DNA from: Camelus dromedarius
Taxonomy: Eukaryota
Direction of reading: 5' to 3'
NCBI RefSeq assembly: GCF_036321535.1
Contig: NC_087436.1
Location: 21,020,001-21,084,000 of the forward strand
Length of the DNA: 64,000 nucleotides
The notes below the pieces were generated by a model. It was not told the origin of the DNA and searched no databases. It saw only the letters and a list, made by a program, of their open reading frames with translations. The position numbers and the translations under genes were made by a program. Shown in pieces: positions 27,119 through 40,226 of this stretch; position 1 is the first letter of the stretch; each line of letters opens with the position of its first letter.

Positions 27119-27326
27119 TGCAACTTTTTATCTCTGAATGGAAAAGTGTTATACCCTTAAAGGTCAGAGCCTTGAAAAAGGGCTGTCCCGTATATTTCAG
27201 GATATAGGCAACACTCTTATTACAAAAGGTGCAGAACCAGCATGACTAAGCACAGGAAACTGTGCACAGGGTAAGCGCTAAAGGGACAGATCTAATATGG
27301 AGTCAGATTTGTTCTTCCCTATTACA
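27119..27326 (-). mobile_element. Partial ERV1-like LTR (family A, copy 3, 5' part)
   Basis: Reverse complement of the first ~200 nt of the 19748 LTR (gatttgttcttccctattaca). Confidence 0.85.
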
Positions 27327-27721
27327 TAAACTGTTCTTTTTTCTCGAAGTGAGCTTTCTCTCCCCTCCAGGCAAATGTCTGCAGATGCTTTAAAACCTTT
27401 CTTCATGCCTCCAGGCAGAACCCGAGGTCCTCTTAGGGGTCCGGGCAGGACAGTAGTCACCCATCAGTCACTACGCTCCTCCCTGTAGGTTATGTTTGTT
27501 TCTTTTATGAGAATAATGACAGATGGGTAAAGTTGAGTTCCCACATATACATTATTTTCATATAATATATTTATTCTTTGTCCATACGTTTTTCCTTCCA
27601 GTAGGGAGCTAGAGTCAATTATTATGTGTTCTCAGGGTTACTGTTGAGTTTTGCAGTTTATGATGAAAAAGTCAGATCTGGGAAGATCTGACTGTCCAGT
27701 GGTATTTAAAAACAAACACTA

Positions 27722-27896
27722 AGGAAGGAGAGTATGGTTCAAGTGGTAGAGCGCATGCTTAGCATGCACAAGATCCTAGGTTCGATCCCCGGTACCTCCT
27801 CTAAAAATAAAATAAATAAACCTAATTACCTCCCCACTCACCACCAAAAAAAAAAAAAAAAGCCAACTATAAAGTTAAACTTGGATTTAAATAAAA
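27722..27896 (+). mobile_element. Camelid tRNA-derived SINE (vic-1-like)
   Basis: tRNA-like head with A and B boxes (tggttcaagtgg, ggttcgatccc), aaataaataaacctaattacctcccc, A run; perfect 15-bp TSD taaaaacaaacacta at 27707-27721 and 27897-27911. Confidence 0.9.
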
Positions 27897-28427
27897 TAAA
27901 AACAAACACTAGTCTTAACACTGAAGAATGATAAAGCGGTGCTTACTGCTAAATTGTCATTACCGTGTGAGCAGGGATCTTTGACTTAGCTGGCATTATT
28001 TTTTGTCTTCTCATTTCCCACTGGTATATCTCAAATACATAGAACCACAGGGTAAGGACTCAATGAATCTTTGTTGAATTAACAAATGTTGATGAGAAAG
28101 TGGGTTATTACTTCTTGATTCAACCTGAATGACTACTATTTCCCAAAGATTTAAATGTTTTCCTATTGAGTGGAACCCCCTTGCTAATGACAAATTTTAA
28201 AACCATTGCCTTTTATACACAAAATGAATCATTGAATTTATATCTTTATGTTGAATAGTGTAATTGTGATTTACATACTTGAGTGTTCAGAAATTTAATT
28301 CTTGGTCTAAATAACTCGGCAAAATACTGCTTGATTACTTTCATGTGTGTTTGCAGGACTATTTCATTCAACCAACAAATATATATTGAAGCCTGATCTG
28401 AGTCAGATCTTGTTCTGGGAGTTGCAC

Positions 28428-28678
28428 GTGTAAGCATAAGGGTTAAGAGCACAGACTTTGAATTGAGAACGTCTGATTCCAGTACTGGCTCTGCCATTAA
28501 CTAGCTGTGTAACCTGGGGCACGTTAAGTTCTCTACACCTCAGTTTCCTCATCAAAAAAATGGGAATAAAAATAGAATAGACATCTTAGAATTGTTATAA
28601 GGTTTAAATGAGTTCATATTTACAGAGTCCTTGGAACAATCCCTGGCAAATAGTAGGTACTATGTAAGTGCTTGTTAA
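28428..28678 (+). mobile_element. Near full-length MIR within an L2 relic
   Basis: ggttaagagcacagactttg...ctagctgtgtaacctgggg...cctcagtttcctcatc...cctggcaaatagtaggtact. Confidence 0.8.
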
Positions 28679-29709
28679 ATACAACATTAAAAATCAAAAG
28701 CTCTGCTACAGTATAGCTTCCATCATAGTGGGGATGAAACGGCTGGGAAAGCCAACAAATGGATAAGCAAGTAAATACACATTTGTCCAGTGATGGTAAA
28801 TGTTATATAATAAAATAAAGTGGGGAACGGAGAGTGATAGGGTCAGCCTAGGAATTGCTTTTTCAGGTGGAGTAGACAGATAGTCTCTCTGATAAGATGA
28901 GGGATGAGTAAGGTGAAGAACTGAGCCATGAGGAGGTTAAGAACAATCACCCTTACATTACCAGGGTCCATTCTTTGAAGGTCATTATTAGTCATGTTCT
29001 CAGTCTGATTTGTGCGTGGTGCAATCTATCATTACAAGAGAGATACTCATTATAATGCTTTACTCAAAATCTAAATATAGGAATTAATTTGGAAACACTA
29101 AAAACAATCACCATAACATCTATTCTCAGATTTGTATTGTCTTTAAAGTTGGGTATAGATTCTTCTGTTCCACAAATATCAGAGGTGTCACATTATGTAA
29201 TGACATCTTGGCTGTCAGGAAACCAAACCTCACAACTTCGTTTTGGGGAGGTTATTTTCTTTTAAGCTCTTGGGGGGGGGGACACTTTTTCCATCATTGT
29301 AGATTCCTCTGGCTTCTGAATAAATACCAGAAATAGTTCTTTCCTAAATGACACCCACGAGTACTCTCATGTTCCACAAAAGCTTACAGATAGAACAGCA
29401 GTGCCTGGTAAGTGTCGTCTCCATCACACTGATTCAGTCAGGGTCCTGGGGCTCCCTCGTGGTTGAAAGAACCATTTTGGGAAGAGTGCATATGCTGCCT
29501 CATTTCCTACCAGAAAATGATCCAGCCTCAAGGAGAACAGAATTCACCTTCTCTCCCATTCTGCTTTTCAATTTTGTGAATTAATATTTAAGAATTTTAG
29601 TCATGGGATTATGGAGAGTGGTAGAAATAAAAGGAAAAAAGGGGTGGGGGGCCAAGAAAGGTAAATAGAAAATTCCTTTTTATATCAGCTAAGTGTTCAT
29701 CCTCTAAAC

Positions 29710-29935
29710 CAGGGTTTCTCAATCTCAGCACTGTTGACATTTCAAGTCAGTAATCTTTGGTGTGGGAGCTGTCCTGTGCATTGTGGGATGTTCAGCAGCA
29801 CTCTGGGCTTTTACACTAAATGCCAGTAGCATCCCCTCCCATCCCCTCATCCCCACCCATATGATAACCAGAAATGTCTCCAGGCACTGCCAAATGTCCC
29901 ATTGGAGGAAAATCGTCCCTGCTTGAGAACCACTG
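29710..29935 (+). mobile_element. MER20 (hAT-Charlie) element
   Basis: Termini cagggtttctcaa / ttgagaaccactg; 8-bp TSD ctctaaac / ctctaagc at 29702-29709 and 29936-29943. Confidence 0.88.
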
Positions 29936-31147
29936 CTCTAAGCCTACTCTAATAGCACTTTTTGAATAAATTATTAATAATTTAAATTTAATCATGTATA
30001 TATATATATATGTAAGCATGCATGTATGAATGAGAATTATCTCAGAGAACATTAAGCCAGTAATCCTAATTAACTAAACCAGTAGATTTCAAAATTTTTC
30101 CTCAAATTGTGTTTTATTTATTTACTTATACTCCTATCTCTCCCTTCCACAATTAGTTCCCCAATTCCCTGTGTCCCACAGTAAATCACAGAGTCTATGA
30201 CAACCAATAAACAGCTGAACTCTTACCATGACTCTTGTTTTGACTAATTCTAATGTGAAAGTAAAAGAAATGATGCATAAAGTACCCAAAATATTTTAAC
30301 TGATTTTAGTCAATAGCATCAATTTCTACCAGCACCTTAATGAAAGTGTTTTTAAAATTGCTAGGTTGAAAGATTTTCACATCACGTACTATGAGACTTT
30401 TATTGTGATTTGTTTCAGGTACTGAATCGAAAACTAAAGGATATATGAGCTGGGAAGTGGGGAGTCAAGGGCATAAATAATCAGCCGCTGAATCATACAT
30501 ACAAGCTTTTCTTTCCAGGAATAGGCAATAAATAAAAGCTAGAGAAACATAATAATACATCCATAAATACTGTGTGTGTTCTCTGTGTTCTGTTCTCTTC
30601 CCTGTGAATCGTAAAATTTGTTCTGAGGAGCCCAGGTTGTGTGGACATAATCACACCCTTTAGACTAAGAGACCTGTGAGGACAGAGAAAAATATTTCAG
30701 CAGCTTGAGAGAAAAAAAATCCAAAACTTTAGGGCTCAGTCCCCTGCCCAGGAGGCTGGCAAACCTCATGCAAAAGAGAGGCTACAAACTGCAAAAAGTA
30801 ATTCTGCTTTTGTAAAGTTTGTGCTGGAGCTGACCCTGCTCCATACCTCCCCCACCTCTCTGCCCACTCTGTGTCCAACCCCAGCTTGTGATGGAATCCT
30901 TGTTTATTTTATTTATGTTTATTTTAGCTTGGAAATTTCCAGCATCGATTTCTTGGTTGAGCTGCTTCTCCAGTCTTCAGCCCACAACTTTGCCTCTTAG
31001 CTCACAGTCATTCTTCCCGGAAGTGCTCTTATTATCTCAAATAATGGGGAGCCAATGAGAAAGGGAAGAAGGGCCTACCTGGGAAGGTGAACATTGAATA
31101 ATTACAATACAGATGGATGAGTATTGTGAAAAGGAAATTATGGGGGG

Positions 31148-31593
31148 TCTTGTGGCTTGAACTATCCCCCCCAAAAGATATATTGAACTTCTAACCCCCA
31201 GTACCTATGAATGCCACCTTATTTGGAAATAGTCTTTCCAGATAAAATCAAATTCGTTGTAGTCATTAAGGTGAGTGCTAATCCAGTATGATTGGCATCC
31301 TTGTAAGAAAAGGAAAACACTATCTAAACACAGAGATGCAGAGACACAGAGCGAAGGCCACCTGATGACAGAGGCAGAGGTCGGAGTGATGCAGCAAAAG
31401 CCAAGGAACGCCAGTGATGCTGGCCACTTCCAGAAGACAGGATGAGGCAAGGAAGGATTCCACCCAGAGAGAGCCCTGCTGACACCTTGGTTTTGACTTT
31501 CTAGCTTCCAGAACTGTGAGAAAATAAATGTCTGTTGTTTTAAGTCACCAAGTTTGTGGTGTGCTGTCATGGCAGCCCCAGGACACTAGGACA
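31148..31593 (+). mobile_element. MaLR MLT1-type solo LTR
   Basis: ccccccaaaagatatattgaa...cttatttggaaatag...ctagcttccagaactgtgagaaaataaatgtctgttgttttaag. Confidence 0.85.
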
Positions 31594-31599
31594 GGGGTT

Positions 31600-32800
31600 A
31601 CAGGAGCATAGAGCAGTGGGGGTGACTCTCATCTGCAGTTCAGGCAAAAATCCCAAAGAATTTATATTTAAGCTGAAATCTGAAGAATGAGTAAGCATCT
31701 ACTAGGAGAGAAGAGGAGGGGGAACTCTTCAGACAATAGGCATGGTGTATGGAAAGGCCTGAAGGCAAGAAAACCAAGATCTCATTAAATGACAAAAAAA
31801 AATTAACATGGCTGATGACCAAGTGTGACTGGAAGGATGGGCAGAGACGAGTCTGGAAATGGCACTGGATCCAAGTCAGGGAAGCCTCCAAATGACGTGT
31901 TGAAGAATTTTCACTTTATCTTGAAGAAGATGAGAAAGCACTGAAAATATCTGAGTAGAGAAGTGGTATCCTGAGGAATTGTGTTTGATTTAATCAAATA
32001 GTCCAGCCACAGCATGAAGAATGGACTGGATGGGAGCAAGACCCCAGGAGAGGAGGACAGTTAGCTACAGCAGTATTTATGTGAGCTATGGTGGTGGCCC
32101 AAACTAGGGTGGTAGTTACAGGATGAAAATGAATGGCCAAGTTTAAAGAATTAAGAGATATCTGGAGGACAGAGTCCATACGAGTTGATGACTGACTGGT
32201 ATATGGAAATGAAGAAAAGGGAAGAGGACTTATTGATGAATCCAGACTTTCTGCCTGGTTGAGACAGTGGATGATGGCACCATTTACTGAGAAAGAAAGA
32301 ACACAAAAGGGGGAGCATGATGTTTGACGTGCTTGTGGAAATTCTAAGAGGAGGTGTCTATAATGCAGTTTAGATGAATTGGGCTCAGGAAAGGGGGTTA
32401 GAGTGTAAATATAGATTTGGGACTCATTAGCACAGAGCTGAGAACTGCAGCTATGGAAAAGGATAAAGTAGGTGAGAGAAAAGATGTAGTGTGAGAAGAA
32501 AAGAATACCAAGAACAGACACAGAAGACACCAACTTTTAGTGGCATGCAAATCAATATGGAACTGAGAAAGGACTCAGCGGTGCTGTACACCTGAAACCA
32601 ACATTCTAAATCAACTACACTTCAATTAAAAAATTTTTTTAAGAATTCATATTGGTTGGTCAAAGGGCAAGAGGAGAAGAGGTTAGAACGTGATGTTCTA
32701 GAAGATAAAGAAGCATTTCCAGAATGAGTCACAGTGTCAAATAATTCACAGATCGAGACTGTCAAAGTCACTAAAATTGTCAATGTGGCGCTAAAGAGTT
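31600..32800 (-). mobile_element. L2 relic
   Basis: Degenerate purine-rich L2 motifs (ggatgatggcaccatttactgag, ttgggctcaggaaag, atagatttgggactcattagcaca). Confidence 0.55.
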
Positions 32801-35800
32801 TTCAGAGGCAGAATGGAGGCTAAGATTTCAGTGGATGGAGGAATCAGAGAGAAGTGAAATACATGAATTCTTTTTAAAAATTTGTAGTGGTGGCAGAAGG
32901 CTACTGATGGAGCTTAGCTCAGAAAAGATGCAGGATTGATACACACTTTCAACATAAAAGAGGCGGTAGAATCTTTGCTGGTAGGAAGGAGAGAACAGTA
33001 TTGATGGGGCATCACTGATAACAGGAGATATAAGGTAGAAGTGATGGTTTAGGAAGGAAATTTTCAGAGAAGAGAGAGTTGGGGGTTTAGACCGCATGCA
33101 GAACAATCATCTCATCCTCTGAGACAAGAGGAAAGGAAGTGAGGGAGCCAAGGGAGGTTTGGGATAAGAGTTCCAGATTTATAATAAAGGGAAACTACTT
33201 AGTGTTCCTAGACTCTGAGCCGGTTGAGGAAACTTGATGGGAACTTGGATTCTCTCCCTCGGGGACAGGGTGCAGGTGTTCTAGGAGTGAAAAGTAGTAT
33301 GTAGATAAATACTTAGTCAGAAGAGCTACTTGTCCCCTAGTATCCATTTTCTTCTTCTTCCTTTTAGTAATAGAAGCTGGAAATAGGTCTACCATCTAGA
33401 GATTACTTTTCTCTCTTTTCTTTCCATATAACCAGGTTCAAATTAATGAGGTATGAGAGGAACTACTGTGTGCAACTTCTGAGTCATCTCTTTAACTAAA
33501 ATGCTTCTTGCTCTGAACTCTCTCTTTCACCTTCCTAAGGTCAGGAGGATGTACAGAGATGTGAATTAGTCTAAAATATTCAGACAAGGACACACTATAG
33601 TGAATGGCAAAGCAATAAGGTGAGACATTGTGTCCATGGAGCTTGGCTGTGGATGAAACTCTTGTTTTTCTTTGTAAGATGGGTACAGATGGAAGACGTG
33701 GTTCAATTCTATTTGGACATTTTAAGTAATTCAGAGGAACAGAACTCATGAACAAATAGCTGAGAAAGGAAATAGTTTTTGTTTAAGTTAGGGTTGGACT
33801 TACCGCTATAACAAACAGATCTCAATATTCCGCACTTTATATGATAAAACTGTATTTCCTGATCACATAACAGTCTGACCTCTGGGTATGGCTGATCAGA
33901 TAACTCTCCTCCCTGCAGCAGCAGGGACACAGAGTCCTTTTCATCTTGTGTTCTCTTCTTCAGTATCGGGTTTTCAAGGTCACCATGGGGATCATTTCCA
34001 TTCCTGCCACCTAGAAGTGGAAAGAGCACGGAGGATTGTGTTTCAGAAGTGTCGGTGACTCAGCCAGGACACAGCACATTCACTTCCGTGCACATCTGAT
34101 TGGCAGAACTGAGTCAAAGAGCCTTACCTGACTGCAAGGAAAGCTGTGGAAGAGGCCCAGGGGGAGAGAATAAGCTTGGTGATCTCTTCTACCAAGTGAG
34201 CATAAAGTAACTATTGAAACCCTGTAGACTTGTATCTATCTCCTGGAATCTAGATCTTTTCATCCCTGTTGCCCCGTAGGTGCTTTGCATCCTCCATCCC
34301 TTTTAATGACAGGCATTAAAAAAAGCAGATGCAAAGAATTGTTTTTATTAATAGAGCTTTAAATTTTCTTATGAGATCTGTATAAAAATGTCATGATCAT
34401 TTTACCACATATTCTCCCAAACCCGTGTCCTTTCCTATTCTGTGTCACCAGTCATCCCCAACCGGTTTCATTGCCCTCAGAATTTAAAGTTACATCAGTA
34501 GCCAGGAAGCCACTCTATTCATGTTACCAGATTTTGTGATAATCCCAGAAATTTTAAGACTTACTCCCAATGTAGGGTATGAGACAGGCATGTAAGCAGA
34601 CTGTACAATGTGATAAATGCTACAATAGAATTATGTGCAAGATGAAACAATAAAGTAGAAGGAGGAACTCCTAAATTAGGCAAAGAGGTGAGATGAATTC
34701 ACAGATGAGAAAAAGGCTTTAGCTAAGCTTCAGAGGATGAAGATAGCTCACTAAGAGAGAAAGAATGTGTGAAGGGACAGAGACACGGTCAGATAATAGC
34801 AAGAAGTTCAGTTTGTCTGGACCAAAGAGTAAATGGGATGCATTACAGTAGAAGAGACAGTCGAGAGGTCACATTCGGATTATGAAAACGGCATGCATAG
34901 ACTGAAGATCTTTGTTTTCTTCCTTTGTAAATTTGGGATGCTCTTAAAGAATAATTGCATAAGTAGTTAGCATATGGTGGCTAAGCTGGACAGTCTGAGA
35001 CCGGAGACGGGAAGACTACCCAGAAATTTCTTCAACTGTCTAATTGAGAAATCATGGTGGATTGCATTAAGGTGATTCCAGAGAGAAAGAAATAGGAAAT
35101 ATACTGAGTATGTAGAGTATGAAACATGGTGAGAATTAGTGATAAGTATTAAGAAAGAGGACTTTGACATTAAGCCCTGGGTGTCTGGCTTAGATTCCTA
35201 GGAAAGAATGTAATGAAAGGAATATAATGAAGGAAGCAGATATCCCATCTTCCAAGGAGAAGATCAGGTATGATGGCTTCAACATGGCTAGACTGAGTTT
35301 GAGGTATGTAGAAGAATATCACCATCTGGAGATTCTCAGAGGAGATTTTATAGAATAGATCCATTCAAATATTCCCATTTCTCTGAGCCTCTGAGTCCTT
35401 CCTCAACACTGTGCCAAGGCAACTGTGGCATCTTCACCTCGTTTAATGTGGGCTGTTGTTTCTTCCAAACTTAGGAGCCATACTAGCAGTGTAAGAATGG
35501 TTCCAGGAGCCCTTGCCAGAGTGTCATAATCTAAGTCATTGGAGGATGACATATATCAATAAATTCATCCTTATCCAGCCTTACCTTCTGCCTCCACGCC
35601 CTGGTCCAGCTTCCTCAATATCCATTTCCACACCCCTGTCTAGGGATTACTGTTCTCCAGCACATCTACCCTGATGTTTCTATCCCAAGTCTCTGAGTCC
35701 CATCACTTTCCCATCAGGGTCTAGCTTTGGCTTAGAAGACTTGTCAAGGCTACAAATTCACTTCTTCCTTTCTGATATTCTGTTTTTCCTTTCTGAATTC

Positions 35801-35809
35801 AGGTCCAAG

Positions 35810-36235
35810 GACAGGGTTTATAAGAAACTTCAGAGACATAAGAACCAAATGCAATGAGTAGTTCTTGATTGGATTCTGAAGAAAACAGTTGTAAAAGACA
35901 TTTTGGAAAAAAATATAAAAATGTAAATAAGGATTGTGTGCTAAGTAGTACATATGATGGGGTTCTCGGCGGGGGTTTGTTTGGTGTGATGGCAGTGGTG
36001 TGGCTGTGCAAGAAGGAGTCCTTGTCTTTGAAGATGCAGGCTGTGGTATTCAGAGGCAGAGCGTGGTGATGTACGTGGTTTCCTTTGGAATGCTTCAGCA
36101 AAAAAAAAAAAAAAAAAGAAGCAAGTATGGCAGAACATCAACTATTGTTATATCCAAGTGTTGTAGATATGGGTGTCCATTATAGTATTCTCTCCACTTT
36201 TCTGCATGTTTGAAATTTTTTATAATAATAAGTAA
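35810..36235 (+). mobile_element. Old L1 3' end
   Basis: agagacataagaaccaaatgcaatg...attctctccacttttctgcatgtttgaaattttttataataa. Confidence 0.65.
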
Positions 36236-36776
36236 TAAAAGGTATTTATAGAGGAAGGAGAAGCTTATACAGGTGTGATAGGTCAAGATGAGGAAACGAC
36301 CAGGAATCTCACAGTAGAAACCTTTAGGATGGAATGGTCCCAGAAGTGGTCCCAGAAGTGATGCCAAAACTGTCTCTCCGGTTCTTGGAGGATGACATAC
36401 TGGGCAGCCTGCAAAGGGCTCTCCCCACTTACATGCAGAGGGAGGAAAGATTCCCTACTATAGGAGTCAATGCTCTGAAATGCTGTTTCAAAAGAAAATC
36501 AAACAAAATAAGAATATATCTGCTCCTAAAATATAACACTTGCTTTCTCCCCTCCTCCACAAATATTTCATTTTAAATGAGCAATTAACTCTACAAACTA
36601 CCAAAATACCACACAAACTCTTTCTACAATTCCTCCTTGTATCTTAGAATACGTTTAATCCTTGGAATGAAGTCCAAAACAGAATCACTTCATACTAAGT
36701 TCAATTTTAGTATTGAGATTCTACTGTACAGAGAGAAAAGTATTGCTCACATTGCTATTAGGACACATAGTTTGTT

Positions 36777-36935
36777 CCAGGAGTCCCACCTCTGGGTATA
36801 CATCCAAAGAAAACAAAATCATTATCCTGAAGAGATATCTGTACGCCCATATTCACTGCAGCATTATTCTCAATAGCCAAGGTATAGAAACAATGTAAGT
36901 GTCCATCAACAGATGAATGAATGAAGAAGAAAATG

Positions 36936-36977
<42 letters not shown>

Positions 36978-37529
36978 GATATAATATATAAAAATATATA
37001 TAATGACATATTTTTCAGCCTTTAAAAAAAGAAGGATGTCCTGCCATTTGTGATGACATAGAATAACTTGAAGGGCATTATGCTAAGTGAAATAAGACAG
37101 ACAAATATTGAATATTATGACTTATATGTGGAATCTAAAAAGAAAAGAAAGAAAAAAGTCAAATCTACAAACAGAGTAGAACGGTGGCTGCCAGGGGCTT
37201 GGGGGTGGGGGTGAAATATAGAGAGGCTGGTAAAAGGGTACAAACTTTCAGGTGTAAGATGAGTAAGGTTTGAAGATCTAATGTGTAACATGGTGACTAT
37301 AGTTGATAATACTGTATTATGTAATTGAAATTTGTTAAGAGAGTGAAACTTAAATGTTCTCACCAAGAAAAAGAAAAAAAGCATGAGGCAATGGGTATGT
37401 TAACTCGATGCTAGAAAACTTTGCACAGTGTATTCATATATCAAATCATCACTTTGTACACTTTAAATACATTACCATTTTAATTTATTTGTCAATTACA
37501 TTTCAACAAAGCTGAAGGGGAAAACAGGA
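36777..37529 (+). mobile_element. L1MA-like 3' end with TSD
   Basis: L1 ORF2 end and 3'UTR; 12-bp TSD acatagtttgtt at 36765-36776 and 37530-37541. Confidence 0.85.
36937..36974. repeat. (TA)19 microsatellite
   Basis: Perfect TA run read directly. Confidence 0.95.
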
Positions 37530-38046
37530 ACATAGTTTGTTGGTCAGATTAAATCCATCACATAAATTATCTTTCCTTCCACAAGTTACCTCTGTCTTTG
37601 AACTTGAGACTTTTTGAGTCTCAAATTCCAGAATCTTAATTACCACAAGTAGATTTCCAGGGGCTTAGACCATGAAGTCACAGAATTCCTAAAATATTGA
37701 GTGGTGTTCTGCCTGATGTGCTATATGCTTGACATCTTCACCTTGTAACAATTTAAACATCCATATGAAACTTCTGTATTCTCACTTTTCATCTCATGGT
37801 GAAATATGCTCTTTCTATGTCTTCCCAAAGATTTAAATTATTTTCCTATAACACACTGAGGAGACAATTCTGATACAATTTCTCCTTCGGCAGACACTAA
37901 ATATATAATTTCTCTTACTTGCTTCCAATTCTGGAAAACTTAGTTTTTGTTCTTTTTAAGTAGTAAGTACAAGTCTCCTCCCAACATAGAGTGAACATTT
38001 GAACCCATTTCTGCTTTTTCAAATAGAAAAACTGAGGCAAAGACCA

Positions 38047-38109
38047 CATTACCTTCTTAATTATTAGCACAGTCATTACTTTCTTAATTATTAACATAAT
38101 CATTACCTT
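38047..38109. repeat. 27-bp tandem repeat, about 2.3 copies
   Basis: cattaccttcttaattattagcacagt / cattactttcttaattattaacataat / cattacctt. Confidence 0.85.
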
Positions 38110-40206
38110 TGGATGAACTAAAACATTTTAGCTCCCCTGAAGACTTGAAAATTTTGAGTTTATGTTTTTAAAAAACTGTTTCTGAATTTTAAAAATCAGA
38201 AAGGATTGGACTGTTGCCCGCAGGCTTCCTGGAGCTATGTAAAATTTCAGTGCCAGACATGGGTAACTCAGAGGCAAGTAAATTCTCCTTATATAATCCA
38301 ATGTTCAAATGCTGGCATGTAAACTGGATCTTTTGTTATCTATAAGAGTAAGAAGGCATATGGTAAAGACAGCCTTTCAGAGCCCTTTATGTCTCATTTC
38401 AGGAATACAACACATCTTATTCCAAAAATGCAGAGCTCAACATTAAAAACCCACCACAGATTTTACCTGTTGAGGAGAGGGGTGAGGATGGGGGCAGACT
38501 GTAAGGGAGAAGTCAGTTACTTGAGGGAAGCCAAGAGCACCATGAGAAACAGAGAAACTCCCAACAGCCGGGTCAAGTCAGAGGACAGAGGGCAGCACAA
38601 GAGGACAGAGGTAGGTGTGGAGTAGGGAACATGGGACAGGATGCAGAAAACAGGGCTCCAGGTCTGGCTGTTATTTACATGATAGAGGAATTCACGTATT
38701 ACAAATAGCTCTCACATAGATGGCTTTATTCAGACCTTATCGTGGGCAGGCAGGCATTATTAACTACATATTGCCCTCAGTGGTACAGAGACTCAGAAGC
38801 AGGCCATGAGCTGTGGCCCTTCCCTAAAGGAATAGAACTTATAAGCAGAGTACAGATCTTCCCACCACAAGCCCAGGACTCTTCCCAGGACCTCCGATTT
38901 GGACTCCACTGTCAAAACCAGAGGCACTGAACTTCACGGCAACTGTGACAATTTCTCTTACTTACCAGTACAAATTTTAGATGTTTCATCAGTTTAGGAT
39001 CCTGTTTGTTTCTTTATTCTGCTTGGAAGGAAATCTGATTCCAACAGATACACAGATGTAAATGGTAACAATTTTTTTAATAGCTCCCCTTGCAATTTCA
39101 GGAAAACTCCAATTAAACAAAGATAGCAGGAAAAGCTTTTTTCCCAATAACTGCCCAAAAATGAGATCAGCTGGCAGAACAAAGTATAGCCTCCCTGCTA
39201 TCATTGATTGTCTCCAACAGTGAAGGTACAGAATTCAATTCAATGTGCCTGTTTTTAAATAGTGTCTGTGTGTGTACACACACACGTATGTAGATATATA
39301 TATAGATATATAGCGATACATATAAATATAATGACAAAATTAGAATTTGGAAAACAAGGTATTATGCTATGTGTGTGCCACCAAGGTTTGCTCTGAGTCT
39401 TTGAAGAAACAACGGAGGAAATAATCAGATGACTTGATCAGCGGGAAATGGATTGTACAAAAAGGCTGTGACAGACGCTTACCATGCTGTAGAATTGGCC
39501 TTAGATAGTGATACTCTTGTGTCTGCACTTTTATGAATGAATGAGTAAACAAATGAGTTCATTCATTTTTATTTGAAGAAATCAATCCAGAAATATTTAC
39601 TGAGTAAATTTTGCTTGCAAAAAGCCCCGTGCTGTGAACTTGAGGGCTATAAAGACACTGTCTAAATAGAAGTTAAGGCTGAAGTATGAACAGGAATAGA
39701 TAAGCCACCTTACAGAGAAGTGAATGATTCATCCCTTGAGAGAAGTCTGAACCATAAGTAGTCAAGGGATTTCGAAGTCACTTCCATTCCAGGGCTCAGG
39801 AAGAGCTTTGTTGTAGTTGGGGTTCTGCTAGCCTTTGACGGACAACTAGATTGAAACAGGACTCAGAAAAATGGAAGACAGGACTTGCAGGCAGAGCAGC
39901 TAACCCAAACCACTTCACAGGAAAAAAATTAATAATTTTTTAAGGCAGGCTATAGCCTTTGGTTGGGGGGCTGTGTTATCTCACAGACTGCAGAGTTTGA
40001 ACTTTATCTGAGAGGTAAGAGGGAGCCACAGGAAGCTTTGAGGGAAGAGAGTAGTAGTTGTGCAAGATGATTAGAGACTTGGAAAATAAGGTACTAGTCC
40101 AGGTATGCAGTGACAAAATCTGACAGAGAGTAGGTGCGGGGGAAAGGGAAAGGCAAGTGAGGCGAGGAGGAAAATGACGTAATCACCAGCCAGAGCGCTG
40201 AATAGA

Positions 40207-40226
40207 CTTTGCGCCCCCTAGAGGAC
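40207..40226 (-). promoter_or_regulatory. Candidate CTCF site
   Basis: gcgccccctagagg (40211-40224) reads CCTCTAGGGGGCGC on the minus strand, one mismatch from the CTCF core, in a small patch of retained CpGs. Confidence 0.6.

Noticed and set aside
27670..27693. 10-bp hairpin with a GGGA loop
   Set aside because: Isolated, with no RNA gene context.
27722..27800. tRNA gene
   Set aside because: SINE tail, A-run and TSD show it is a tRNA-derived SINE; the 61474 copy shares the same head and has an A tail.
31994..32533. 179-aa minus-strand ORF
   Set aside because: Lies in degenerate L2 sequence; composition reflects the pyrimidine-rich strand.
36335..36360. 12-bp tandem duplication tggtcccagaag x2
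   Set aside because: Ordinary slippage duplication.
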